DNA from: an uncultured Verrucomicrobia subdivision 3 bacterium
GTDB taxonomy: Bacteria; Verrucomicrobiota; Verrucomicrobiia; Limisphaerales; UBA11358
NCBI GenBank assembly: GCA_903936645.1
Contig: CAIZWI010000313.1
Span: 994 to 64,993 of the forward strand
Length of the DNA: 64,000 bases
Direction of reading: 5' to 3'
Made by a program: the position numbers and the translations under genes. Shown piece after piece: positions 1 to 8,869 of this stretch. Every line of letters begins with the position of its first letter. The first letter of the stretch is position 1. The notes beneath the pieces were generated by a model that was not told the DNA's origin, did not search any database, and saw only the letters and a list, made by a program, of their open reading frames with translations.

Positions 1-456
1 CAGGTCCGCCGCGTGAAGGCCGAGCTCGTTCATGCGGGCTTTGAGCCGGGGCGAAAGGTAGCTGGCACCCGCCGCGTTGGCGGGCACCGGCAGCCCGCGA
101 ACGGTGGGTTGCACCCGGTAACCGTCCAACCGGGCCGCCGACGGCGCGGGAGAATCCACTTCCGCATCGGGATCCGGCACCGGCACATCGAGCCCGGCTT
201 CCTCAATTTCCGCCGCGCTGGCTTCAATCTGTCCCAGCACGGCCCCCACCGGATAGCTTTCCTGAAGTTGGACGGAATAGCTCACCACACTGCCGGCGCA
301 GGGGGAGGTAACGGTCATGGTGGCCTTGTTGGTTTCGACTTCGATCAAGTCCTGACCGGCCGTCACCGCCGCGCCGGGCGGGACGAGAAAGTTGACGATG
401 GCGGCCTCGGCGATGGATTCACCGAGCTGCGGCATGATGATGGGGATTTGCGGCAT
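1..456 (-). CDS. 2-oxoacid dehydrogenase E2 (dihydrolipoamide acyltransferase), N-terminal part; continues past window start
   Basis: Absent from ORF track (no stop in window). Reverse translation from ATG at 456 gives MPQIPIIMPQLGESIAEAAIVNFLVPPGAAVTAGQDLIEVETNKATMTVTSPCAG. This is a lipoyl domain with an ETNKA lipoyl-lysine motif. It is followed by an Ala/Pro/Glu linker and SPRLKARMNELGL, typical of a peripheral-subunit-binding domain. It lies directly downstream of E1 alpha/beta. Confidence 0.8.
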   Translation of the reverse strand, partial: MPQIPIIMPQLGESIAEAAIVNFLVPPGAAVTAGQDLIEVETNKATMTVTSPCAGSVVSYSVQLQESYPVGAVLGQIEASAAEIEEAGLDVPVPDPDAEVDSPAPSAARLDGYRVQPTVRGLPVPANAAGASYLSPRLKARMNELGLHAADL

Positions 457-492
457 AGGGCTGGTCGTTGAATAATTAAAATTTTGGCAGGG

Positions 493-1458
493 TCACAACC
501 GCAACATTTTCCGGGCGGCGGCGGCAATGGCCCGCGCCGTGGGCCGGTGGGCGGCCCATAAATTGGGATGGTACGGGATGGGGGTGTCTTTGGCGTTCAG
601 GCGCTGGGGCGGTACATCGAGCAGCCCAAACCCCTCGCTCGCCACCCGGGCGATGACCTCGGCCGTCACCCCGCCCCAGGGCCACGCCTCACCGACACAC
701 AGTAACCGGCCGGTCCGCGCCACGCTGGCCATGACGGTATCCGTATCCAGGGGTTTGACGGTGCGTAAATCCACCACTTCAATCTGCCAGCCCTCCGGGG
801 CAAGCTCGGCCGCCGCCGCCAGAGCCTCATGCACCATGGCGCTGTAGGCAACGATGGTCAGGTCCCGCCCTTCCCGCGCGATACGGGCCTTGCCAATCGG
901 CAACGCCTCGCTGGGCAGGGCTTCAGCTTTGAGATGGTAATACAGAAATTTGTGCTCGCAAAAAATCACCGGGTCATCAATCGCCACGGCGGCGATCAGC
1001 ATGCTATAGGCATCCTCGACCGTGGCCGGCGTCATCACGATCAGCCCCGGATAATGGGCGTAAATCGTTTCCAAACTCTGGCTGTGAAAGGGTCCGCTGC
1101 CGGAAGTGCCGCCAAAGGGCAGTCGCACAGTCAGGGAACACGGTACATTGGTGCGCCAGAACAAGGTCGCGGCTTGGTTGACGATCTGGTTGAACCCCGC
1201 GGTGGAAAAATCCGCGAACTGCATTTCAATAATGGGTCGCAGCCCCTCGATGGCCGCGCCGACTGCCAGCCCCACCATGGCGTCCTCGCTGATGGGCGCG
1301 TCAAACACGCGGCCCGGAAATTCTTTGGCCAGATTTTTGGTGGCCTTGAAGGCACCGCCAAAGGCACCCACATCCTGGCCATAGATAAACACGCGGGGAT
1401 CATCGCGCAAGGCCACCGCCTGGGCTTCCCGAATGGCTTCCAAATAGGTAATACTCAT
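493..1458 (-). CDS. 2-oxoacid (pyruvate/branched-chain/acetoin type) dehydrogenase E1 beta subunit
   Basis: Track ORF 493..1467. MSITYLEAIREA...FIYGQDVGAFGGAFKATKNL is a typical transketolase-like E1 beta. ATG at 1458 is preferred over TTG at 1467. It starts 9 nt after the E1 alpha stop. Confidence 0.9.
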   Translation of the reverse strand: MSITYLEAIREAQAVALRDDPRVFIYGQDVGAFGGAFKATKNLAKEFPGRVFDAPISEDAMVGLAVGAAIEGLRPIIEMQFADFSTAGFNQIVNQAATLFWRTNVPCSLTVRLPFGGTSGSGPFHSQSLETIYAHYPGLIVMTPATVEDAYSMLIAAVAIDDPVIFCEHKFLYYHLKAEALPSEALPIGKARIAREGRDLTIVAYSAMVHEALAAAAELAPEGWQIEVVDLRTVKPLDTDTVMASVARTGRLLCVGEAWPWGGVTAEVIARVASEGFGLLDVPPQRLNAKDTPIPYHPNLWAAHRPTARAIAAAARKMLRL

Positions 1459-1467
1459 GTCACGCAA

Positions 1468-2508
1468 TTAAACACCCAGTTCTTCGTGGGTCTCCCGCAA
1501 ATCCGTTCCGGCAACAGCGGTCCACTGTTCCGCAAAGGGATCGGGCGCAGGCTCCCGTTGCACCCGGGCCACCGTGGTTTCAATGGCGCGCACCGCTTCG
1601 TTGCGCCAGCTGGCCAGTTCGCTGGCATCGGCCCAGTGCCGGCTCAATAAAATGTCCTCGGCCACTTTCAAGCAATCCCGGCCGAGCGGCGAATTTTTGA
1701 TCCTGGGATCAATATACCCGGCATCATCGTGCTCCCCATGTCCGCACAATCGCAGCAGACTGGCCACGACCAGTTGCGGTCCCCCGCCCGCGCGCGCTTG
1801 CGCCACCGCCCGGCCCATGACCTCCAGACAGGCGGAAAGATCCGTGCCATCCACGGAATGCGGGGTCACGCCGTATCCCACGGCCCGGTCGGCGAGGTCC
1901 GCGCAGGCGAATTCCCGGTCGTTGGGCGTGGAATAAGCATATTGGTTGTTGGCCACCACCAGTACCAGGGGCAGTTTTTCCACAGCCGCCTGATTCAAGG
2001 CCTCATGAAACGCGCCGGTGGCGGTACCGCCATCGCCGATGCAAGTGGCCCCCACGGCATCAGTAATGCCTTTAAAGCGGCGGGCAAACAAGGTGCCATT
2101 GACCACCGAAATCATGGCCCCCAAGTGGCTGATCATGGCCAGATACCCGTCCCGGGGACGACCCCGGTGCACATTGCCATCGCGGCCCCGCATGGGACCC
2201 AGGGCCGAACCGAGGCAGGTCTGGAGCGCATCAAGAATGGATTCGCCAAAAGCGAGCCGGCCGGCGGAATCCCGAATCAGCGGGGAAAACACATCGGTTT
2301 TGCGAAGCGAAACCCCAATGGATACGCTGAGCGCCTCCTGCCCGCGCGACAGAAAAACCCCGCCATGGATTTTCCCCGCCCGGTAGAGGCTGGCCAGTTT
2401 CTCGTCCAGCAACCGGGCCTGGAGCATAAACCGATAGGCGGACAGGTGCAAATCGCGGAGCGCGGCACTGCCGCCCCCCGCTTCGGCATCGAGCACGGTT
2501 TGATACAT
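1468..2508 (-). CDS. 2-oxoacid dehydrogenase E1 alpha subunit (TPP-dependent)
   Basis: TPP-binding signature CIGDGGTATGAFHEALNQAAVEKLPLVLVVANNQYA. ATG at 2508 (MYQTVLD) is preferred over TTG at 2514. Confidence 0.9.
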   Translation of the reverse strand: MYQTVLDAEAGGGSAALRDLHLSAYRFMLQARLLDEKLASLYRAGKIHGGVFLSRGQEALSVSIGVSLRKTDVFSPLIRDSAGRLAFGESILDALQTCLGSALGPMRGRDGNVHRGRPRDGYLAMISHLGAMISVVNGTLFARRFKGITDAVGATCIGDGGTATGAFHEALNQAAVEKLPLVLVVANNQYAYSTPNDREFACADLADRAVGYGVTPHSVDGTDLSACLEVMGRAVAQARAGGGPQLVVASLLRLCGHGEHDDAGYIDPRIKNSPLGRDCLKVAEDILLSRHWADASELASWRNEAVRAIETTVARVQREPAPDPFAEQWTAVAGTDLRETHEELGV

Positions 2509-2640
2509 GAGCAAAGTTTATCGCCGGGGACAGAAGCCAGCAATGTTTCTTTCAAACCGGTATGCGGGGCCAAAAAACACTGGCCAAAAACTGGCAATCA
2601 CCTAGCATTTGGATTAAAATATCATCCTAAAATAGAAACC

Positions 2641-3021
2641 ATGGCGACCAACCAAGCTAATAATCCGGCGACGGGCAACCATAACCTGCCGGTGGATATG
2701 GAACGGCTGATGGACCTGACCGGCGGCGAAGTGGAAATGCTGCGGGAACTGGTCGATATGTACCTCGTCCAAACGGCCGCTCAGTTGGCAGTCATTTCCG
2801 CCGCCATTCGCAATCATCAGCCGGACACCATTCGGATTGAGGCTCATAGCTGTGGTGGAGCCAGCAATACCATGGGAATTACCCGGCTGGGCCAGATCCT
2901 TCTGGAGTTGGAGCGGCAGGGCAAGTCCGGAATTATATTACCGAATGCCGCGGAACTTTGCCAGGAGGCGCAATCGGAACTCGGGCGCGTGAAGGAATTT
3001 TTAGCGGGAAAATTGGGGTAA
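2641..3021 (+). CDS. stand-alone Hpt (histidine phosphotransfer) domain protein
   Basis: Only the last 126 codons of track ORF 1729..3021 are taken, from ATG 2641; the rest is antisense to E1 alpha. Four-helix-type sequence with the phospho-His context IEAHSCGGASNTMG. Confidence 0.65.
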   Translation: MATNQANNPATGNHNLPVDMERLMDLTGGEVEMLRELVDMYLVQTAAQLAVISAAIRNHQPDTIRIEAHSCGGASNTMGITRLGQILLELERQGKSGIILPNAAELCQEAQSELGRVKEFLAGKLG

Positions 3022-3069
3022 ACCGTTCGGGGAACTGAACCACCCCAAGCTTAAATTACCGAATCGGGT

Positions 3070-4164
3070 TCACCCCGCCGCCGAGCCCACCACCTGTGAC
3101 CAGTCTTTGGCGCCGGAACGTTCATAGCGTTTTACCAGGCCGGCAACGATGCGCTTTGGCAGGCCGGGTCCTTCATAAACCAAACCGGAATACACCTGCA
3201 CCAGCGAGGCCCCGGCGGTGATTTTATCCCAGGCATCTTCAGCGGAAAAAATACCCCCCACCCCGATAATGGGCAGCCGCCCCCGGGTTTGCCGGAAAAT
3301 ATGTCGCACCACCTCCGTGCTCCGCTCGCGCAGGGGACGGCCGCTTAATCCACCCGTTTCCTCAAACACCCGCGCGGCGTTCGGATCGCTCGCCGCCGGC
3401 CGGGTGATGGTGGTGTTGGTGGCGATCAAGCCCGCCAGCTGGCGGGGTCCGGCCAGTTCCAGAATTTCATCCAGCGCCGCCAGGGATAAATCCGGCGAGA
3501 CCTTCACCAGGATGGGCTTGCGCCCCGGGTTGAGGGACTGCAAAGCCGCCAGAATTTCATCCAGCGCCGCCCGGTCCTGCAGCGTGCGCAGGTTGGGGGT
3601 GTTGGGCGAACTGACATTGACGACAAAAAAATCCGCCAGTTCCCGCAGCGCACGGAAGGAATTTGCATAGTCAGTGGCCGCCTCCGCCAGCGGGGTGATC
3701 TTGGACTTGCCCAGGTTGATGCCCACCGGGTGCGCCGGCCAGCGTCCGGATTTTTTCCAACCGGCCAGCCGGACGGCCAGGCCTTCCGCGCCCCCATTGT
3801 TGAAGCCCATGCGGTTGATGATGGCACTTGCGGCGGGAATGCGGAACATGCGCGGCGGCGGGTTGCCGGGCTGGGCGTGCCAGGTGACGCCGCCGAGTTC
3901 GGAAAAGCCAAAACCCAGTGCGGCCCAGGCGGGCACTGCGGCCGCCTGCTTGTCGAGGCCCGCCGCCAGCCCAACCGGATTGGGAAACATCAAGCCGAAG
4001 AGCGGCACCGGGAGAGCGGGGGCGCCGAGCACGCTTTGCAACGCCTGGCACCCCAGGGGCAGGCGGCTCAGGCGGGCGAGGTTGCCCAAGGCCAGGTCGT
4101 GCGCGGCCTCGGCGTCCTGCCGGAAAAGCCGGGGACGAATTAATGTGCGATAAAGCCAGCCCAT
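3070..4164 (-). CDS. pyrD: dihydroorotate dehydrogenase (quinone), class 2
   Basis: Motifs NRMGFNNGG, GINLGKSK, VVNVSSPNTPNLR, ATNTTI, GGLSG and IGVGGI. ATG at 4164. Confidence 0.92.
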   Translation of the reverse strand: MGWLYRTLIRPRLFRQDAEAAHDLALGNLARLSRLPLGCQALQSVLGAPALPVPLFGLMFPNPVGLAAGLDKQAAAVPAWAALGFGFSELGGVTWHAQPGNPPPRMFRIPAASAIINRMGFNNGGAEGLAVRLAGWKKSGRWPAHPVGINLGKSKITPLAEAATDYANSFRALRELADFFVVNVSSPNTPNLRTLQDRAALDEILAALQSLNPGRKPILVKVSPDLSLAALDEILELAGPRQLAGLIATNTTITRPAASDPNAARVFEETGGLSGRPLRERSTEVVRHIFRQTRGRLPIIGVGGIFSAEDAWDKITAGASLVQVYSGLVYEGPGLPKRIVAGLVKRYERSGAKDWSQVVGSAAG

Positions 4165-4170
4165 GTGCGT

Positions 4171-6201
4171 TTAGCGGGCCACGGGGGTGACGGGGTTGAC
4201 CGAGCCCAAACCCGCCGGGACCCCGGTGGTCAACTGCCGGTAGCTGGCGAGTGCCAGCAATGGCCAGGCATTCCGGTACATGTCGTACTTCAAATAAAAC
4301 ACTTTGGGAAAGCCGGTGCCGGTGGTTTCGTGCTCGGTCCAGGAACCGTCCGGGTTTTGCGTGCGCGCCAGATATTCAATTCCGCGCCTCAGGGCCGGAT
4401 TTTCCGGATCCCCAAAGGCACACAGGCCCATGACCGCCCAGGCGGTTTGCGAGGCCGTGCTGGGCCCCTGCCCCTTGAAAACGGGGTCATCGTAGGTGTT
4501 GCAACGCTCCCCCCAGCCGCCATCGGCATGCTGGACACTTTCCAGCCAGGCGCGCGCTTTGAGCAGCCAGGGCTGCTGCATGTCCAGCTTCATGGCGCGC
4601 AACCCCCGCAGCACCTGCCAGGTGCCGTAAATATAATTCACACCCCAACGGCCATACCAGGAACCATCGCTCTCCTGCTGGGACCGCAGGTAGACGAGCG
4701 CATCCTTGATTTGCGGATGATCCACCGACCAGTTCTCATAGCCCAGCAATTCCAAAATGCGCGCGGTGATGTCAGCACACTCGGGATCCAGCATGGCGTT
4801 GTGATCCGCAAACGGCACTTTCTCGAGAATGTTTTTGGTGCAATCCTTGTCGAAGGCCGCCCAGCCGCCATCCCGGCACTGGAAGGCCATCATCCACTTC
4901 AGGCCCCGGTGAAAGCATTCATCACGCTTCGCCGGATTCGCCGTGGCCACTTTGCGGAGCGCCAGCAGCACCATGGCGGTGTCATCCACATCGGGATTCC
5001 ACTTGTTATTGTATTCAAACACCCAGCCGCTCGGCTCCACATTCACGGGATTCTTGTGGTACCAGTCGCCGCGGAAACGGATTTCTTTCGCCATCAGCCA
5101 CTCCGCCGCCTGTTTCATCCGGGGGTGATCCTCGGGCACGCCGGATTCCCGCAAACAGATCAGCACAATCGCCGTGTCCCACACGGGCGAAAAACACGGT
5201 TCGATGCGCACATCATCCGCCGTCTCGTGCTCCAGTTTTTTCAATTCCCGCGTGGCCCGCACCACCTCGGGATGATCATTGGCGTAGCCGAGCACTTTGA
5301 GGGCGATCAGTGAATTGAGCATGGCCGGAAAAATCGCGGCCAGCCCGTCGGATCCCTCAAAGCGTTCCAGCATCCACTGTTCGCATTTTTTTAAAGCGGT
5401 CTTGCGAAACGGATGAATGCCGTGCTCCGCAAACCATTCGGCAAACTTGTGCAACCGGTCCAGCCAGAGGAAAAAATTGCGCAGGGTAAAGCGATCTGGA
5501 TCGGGCGCCAGGGCGAGGTCACGCTCGTGATACCCCTCGGGGAACAGCTCATCCAAGGTTACTTTGACGGAACGCGTGGGTTTGAAATGGTTGATGATGG
5601 CCAGCGGCACCAGCATGGCGCGTGACCAGTTGCTCATGTCCCAGAAATTCACATGAAACCATTTGCCGAGCAACAGGACTTCGCAGGGAATGGTGGGCAC
5701 GTATTCCCAGGGGTACAAGTCGATCAAGGCCAGATAAAGCTTGGAAAACGTGTTCATCCGCGGCACCCCGCCCAGCCGCAACGCGACCTCCCGGGCCTTG
5801 AGCATGCGGTGGTCCGTGACCGGGACCCCAGCCAGCTTCAGGGCGAGATAAGCTTTGATGGTGGCGTTGACCTCCGAAGGGCCGCCATAATAGATGTTCC
5901 AGCCACCATCCGGCAACTGCATCGAAAACAAATGATTGACCGCCTTGCGCTGCCATTCGGGCTGCACGCTGCGGTCCCAATGGTGAAAAACGACCATGTC
6001 GGATACCAGGGTGGAATCCACCAGTAATTCCCCCACCCAATAACCTTCCGGCTTCTGTTCGCGCAGCAAATAATCCTGCGACCGCCGGAGGGCAGTGTGC
6101 AGGTTTAACGTAAATTCATCTTGGAACCCGGTTGCCGGGGACGAATGCGTCGGCGAAACCTGGATACGACTGTCAATCACCCGTTCACTCTGCAAATTCA
6201 C
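4171..6201 (-). CDS. shc: squalene-hopene cyclase
   Basis: Catalytic DxDDTA motif (NPDVDDTAMVLLAL) and repeated QW-type motifs (QQESDGSWYGRWG, QHADGGWGE, QNPDGSW). GTG start at 6201. The stop is 6 nt before the pyrD start. Confidence 0.92.
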   Translation of the reverse strand: MNLQSERVIDSRIQVSPTHSSPATGFQDEFTLNLHTALRRSQDYLLREQKPEGYWVGELLVDSTLVSDMVVFHHWDRSVQPEWQRKAVNHLFSMQLPDGGWNIYYGGPSEVNATIKAYLALKLAGVPVTDHRMLKAREVALRLGGVPRMNTFSKLYLALIDLYPWEYVPTIPCEVLLLGKWFHVNFWDMSNWSRAMLVPLAIINHFKPTRSVKVTLDELFPEGYHERDLALAPDPDRFTLRNFFLWLDRLHKFAEWFAEHGIHPFRKTALKKCEQWMLERFEGSDGLAAIFPAMLNSLIALKVLGYANDHPEVVRATRELKKLEHETADDVRIEPCFSPVWDTAIVLICLRESGVPEDHPRMKQAAEWLMAKEIRFRGDWYHKNPVNVEPSGWVFEYNNKWNPDVDDTAMVLLALRKVATANPAKRDECFHRGLKWMMAFQCRDGGWAAFDKDCTKNILEKVPFADHNAMLDPECADITARILELLGYENWSVDHPQIKDALVYLRSQQESDGSWYGRWGVNYIYGTWQVLRGLRAMKLDMQQPWLLKARAWLESVQHADGGWGERCNTYDDPVFKGQGPSTASQTAWAVMGLCAFGDPENPALRRGIEYLARTQNPDGSWTEHETTGTGFPKVFYLKYDMYRNAWPLLALASYRQLTTGVPAGLGSVNPVTPVAR

Positions 6202-6248
6202 CCCCGGGGTGTAAAGTTTTTAGTGATTGCGCTGCATACAATTACCAC

Positions 6249-6277
6249 TTGACGGCCAAGCCCAGATCCACTATGAG
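6249..6277 (+). promoter_or_regulatory. sigma70-like promoter candidate for the HU/IHF gene
   Basis: TTGACG (6249-6254), a 17-nt spacer, then TATGAG (6272-6277). It is followed by an A/T-rich leader of about 60 nt without an SD before ATG 6344. Confidence 0.35.
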
Positions 6278-6343
6278 TAACCCCAATCAGTCGGGTAGTG
6301 TAATCAGCAGCAAAAAACTTAAACTAAACAACCTAAATTAATT

Positions 6344-6667
6344 ATGACTCTAACCAAACGGGACTTGGTGGTGCGAATCAGTGAGGAGACCGACCTCGTG
6401 CAACAGCAAGTATTCGAAGTGGTGCAAAAGACCCTGGACTACATCGCCGAATCACTTGCCAAGGGTGAAAAGGTGGAACTCCGCAATTTCGGGGTGTTTG
6501 AAGTAAAAGTGCGCAAGGCACGCGTGGGTCGCAACCCCAATGCCCCGGAAAAGGACGTGACCATTCCTCAACGAACCATGGTCAAGTTCAAAGCCGGCAA
6601 GGAAATGCGGGCGGATGTGCTCAAGTTGTCCCCCAAAGCCTCCCGTTTGGCTGCCAAAGCCGCCTAG
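6344..6667 (+). CDS. HU/IHF-family DNA-binding protein
   Basis: LRNFGVFEVKVRKARVGRNPNAPEKDVTIPQRTMVKFKAGKEM shows the typical HU/IHF beta-arm (R-x-G-R-N-P) pattern. Confidence 0.85.
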   Translation: MTLTKRDLVVRISEETDLVQQQVFEVVQKTLDYIAESLAKGEKVELRNFGVFEVKVRKARVGRNPNAPEKDVTIPQRTMVKFKAGKEMRADVLKLSPKASRLAAKAA

Positions 6668-6677
6668 TGGCCTGATT

Positions 6678-6704
6678 GAGGGTTGGTGCCCTCTCCCTTT
6701 TTTT
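6678..6704 (+). terminator. hairpin plus T7 tract (first of two tandem terminators)
   Basis: GAGGG-ttggtg-CCCTC, then tccc, then TTTTTTT. Confidence 0.5.
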
Positions 6705-6711
6705 CGTCCGT

Positions 6712-6749
6712 GCGAACCGCTGGCTTTTAACCAGCGGTTCGCGCTTTTT
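6712..6749 (+). terminator. strong rho-independent terminator after the HU/IHF gene
   Basis: Perfect 12-bp stem GCGAACCGCTGG / CCAGCGGTTCGC with loop cttttaa, followed by gcTTTTT. Confidence 0.8.
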
Positions 6750-6836
6750 AATACCCAATGACATTTCCCCCCACCTCGGGCCGGGTTGTCTAGAAAAAGA
6801 CTTCCCCGGTGGTCCGTAAACTTTTATCATCCGCCC

Positions 6837-8075
6837 ATGGATCGATTGCCCGGATTTCGTGATTTTTATCCCGAGCCCCTGCCCCACCACGACGTGTGGA
6901 GCGCGGACGCTCGCCAGTACATCTTTGAAAAGTGGCGCACCACCGCCCGGCAGTATGGCTTCCGGGAATACGACGGCCCGCCATTGGAACCACTCGAACT
7001 CTTCACCACCAAGAGCGGCGAGGAAATTGTCGGGCAACTCTACAATTTTACGGACAAAGGCGACCGCGCGGTTTCCCTGCGCCCGGAAATGACCCCCACC
7101 CTGGCCCGCATGGTGGCGGCCCACGAACGCAATTACAAAAAGCCCATCAAGTGGTTCGCCATCCCGCAACTGTTTCGCTACGAGCGCCAGCAGAAAGGCC
7201 GCCTGCGGGAGCACTTCCAGTTCAACGCCGACCTCATTGGCGAGACCGATCCGGCGGCCGACGCGGAATTAATCGCCCTGGTCATCGACACCCTGCGTTC
7301 CTTCGGCCTCACCGCCGAGGATTTTGTCATCCGGCTGAGCAGCCGCAACGCCTGGCATGAATACTTTAAAGCCGGCTGTAGCGACCTGGCCCACGAGTAC
7401 AATTTTTTCCAGGCGATCGACAAGCTCGAACGCGCCACCCCCGAGGAAAACGAACAAAAGCTCGCCGCCCTCGGCTTCTCCCTCGCCGGGGTGAATGCGT
7501 TCATCGAAACTGGCAGCCCCACGACCGAGCTCCAGAGCATTCTCGACAACCTGGCTGCCCGAGGCCTGAAGGATTTTGTGAAGGTCGATTACCGTGTGAT
7601 CCGCGGCCTCGCCTACTACACCGGAGTGGTATTCGAGGCTTTTGACCGCAAGGGCGAGTTTCGTGCCATTGCCGGTGGCGGTCGTTATAACAATCTCGTG
7701 AAACTGATTAGCGGCGGCAAGGTGGACCTCCCCGCCCTCGGTTTCGGCATGGGGGATGTGGTGCTGCTGGAACTGCTCAAGGCCCGCAAATTGCTCCCGA
7801 AATTTGATTCGCACATGGATGTCTATGTGCTGATCGAAGATGAGACCCTGCGCGCGCCTTCCCTCAAGCTCATCCATGACTTGCGTGGTCACGGATTTGC
7901 CGTGGATTATCCCCTGACCCCCGCCAAGCCGGACAAGCAATTCAAGCGGGCGCAGGAATTAAAAGTCCGCCACACCGTCAAATTGGAAAGTGACGCCTAC
8001 GTGCGGGTTCGCAATGCCGCCAGCCGCGATGAGGTCGTCACCGGCATGGGCGATGTGAAAAATCATCTCGGCTGA
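6837..8075 (+). CDS. hisS: histidine--tRNA ligase
   Basis: Class II motifs FRYERQQKGRLREHFQ and AGGGRYNNL, plus a C-terminal anticodon-binding region. ATG 6837 (MDRLPGFRDFYPE) is preferred over TTG 6786. Confidence 0.9.
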   Translation: MDRLPGFRDFYPEPLPHHDVWSADARQYIFEKWRTTARQYGFREYDGPPLEPLELFTTKSGEEIVGQLYNFTDKGDRAVSLRPEMTPTLARMVAAHERNYKKPIKWFAIPQLFRYERQQKGRLREHFQFNADLIGETDPAADAELIALVIDTLRSFGLTAEDFVIRLSSRNAWHEYFKAGCSDLAHEYNFFQAIDKLERATPEENEQKLAALGFSLAGVNAFIETGSPTTELQSILDNLAARGLKDFVKVDYRVIRGLAYYTGVVFEAFDRKGEFRAIAGGGRYNNLVKLISGGKVDLPALGFGMGDVVLLELLKARKLLPKFDSHMDVYVLIEDETLRAPSLKLIHDLRGHGFAVDYPLTPAKPDKQFKRAQELKVRHTVKLESDAYVRVRNAASRDEVVTGMGDVKNHLG

Positions 8076-8080
8076 CCGCC

Positions 8081-8869
8081 ATGCTGTCCCCCACCCAGCG
8101 TTTTTCCAACCGGGTGGAGAACTACATCCAATATCGCCCCGGCTACCCGCCGGCGATTCTGGAACTGCTCCGGGCAAAATGCGGGCTGGGTCCAGCCGCC
8201 ACTGTGGCCGACATTGGCTCGGGCACCGGCATCCTCACCCGGCTGCTGCTGGCTTCCGGCAACCGGATCTTGGGGGTGGAACCGAACCGGGAAATGCGCG
8301 AAGCCGGCGAACGCCTGCTGGCCGGCCACCCTGCCTTTACCAGCGTGGCCGGCACGGCCGAGGCGACCACCCTGCCGGACGGCAGCATTGACCTTATCAC
8401 GGCCGGCCAGGCCTTTCACTGGTTTGACCGGCCCAAAGCCCGCGTGGAATTCCAGCGCATCCTCAAGCCCGGCGGCTGGGTCGCCCTGCTCTGGAATGAC
8501 CGTAACATTTCCGACCGGCCCTTTTTCCGGGCCTATGAGGAATTGTTGCTGACCTACGGAACCGATTACGCCCTGGTAAATCACAAAAACGTGGATGCCC
8601 GCCTGCTGGGCGAATTTTTCGGACCCGGCGGCTATGGCTTTGCTTCCTATCCCAACGACCAAACCTTTGATTTCACCGGCTTGCAAGGCCGCCTGCTCTC
8701 CTCTTCCTATGCGCCCGACGAGCGCGACCCACGCCATGCTCCCATGTTGACCGCCCTCCAAACCCTCTTTGACGCTTACCAAACCAACGGCACCGTGACC
8801 TTCGACTACGACACCACGGTATTTTACGGGCAGCTTGGAAACCATCCGGCAGCTTGTTTTGCCTCATGA
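8081..8869 (+). CDS. class I SAM-dependent methyltransferase
   Basis: Motif I VADIGSGTGILTRLL, then ILGVEPN and a DLITAGQAFHWF-type pattern. Confidence 0.8.
   Translation: MLSPTQRFSNRVENYIQYRPGYPPAILELLRAKCGLGPAATVADIGSGTGILTRLLLASGNRILGVEPNREMREAGERLLAGHPAFTSVAGTAEATTLPDGSIDLITAGQAFHWFDRPKARVEFQRILKPGGWVALLWNDRNISDRPFFRAYEELLLTYGTDYALVNHKNVDARLLGEFFGPGGYGFASYPNDQTFDFTGLQGRLLSSSYAPDERDPRHAPMLTALQTLFDAYQTNGTVTFDYDTTVFYGQLGNHPAACFAS

Noticed and set aside
13-471. 152-aa plus-strand ORF at the window start
   Set aside because: The opposite strand encodes a textbook lipoyl domain (E2) in operon with E1 alpha/beta. The plus-strand frame is an Arg/Gly-rich shadow ORF.
1729-2640. N-terminal 304 codons of track ORF 1729..3021
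   Set aside because: This part is antisense to the E1 alpha gene and is not protein-like. Only the Hpt domain from ATG 2641 is retained.
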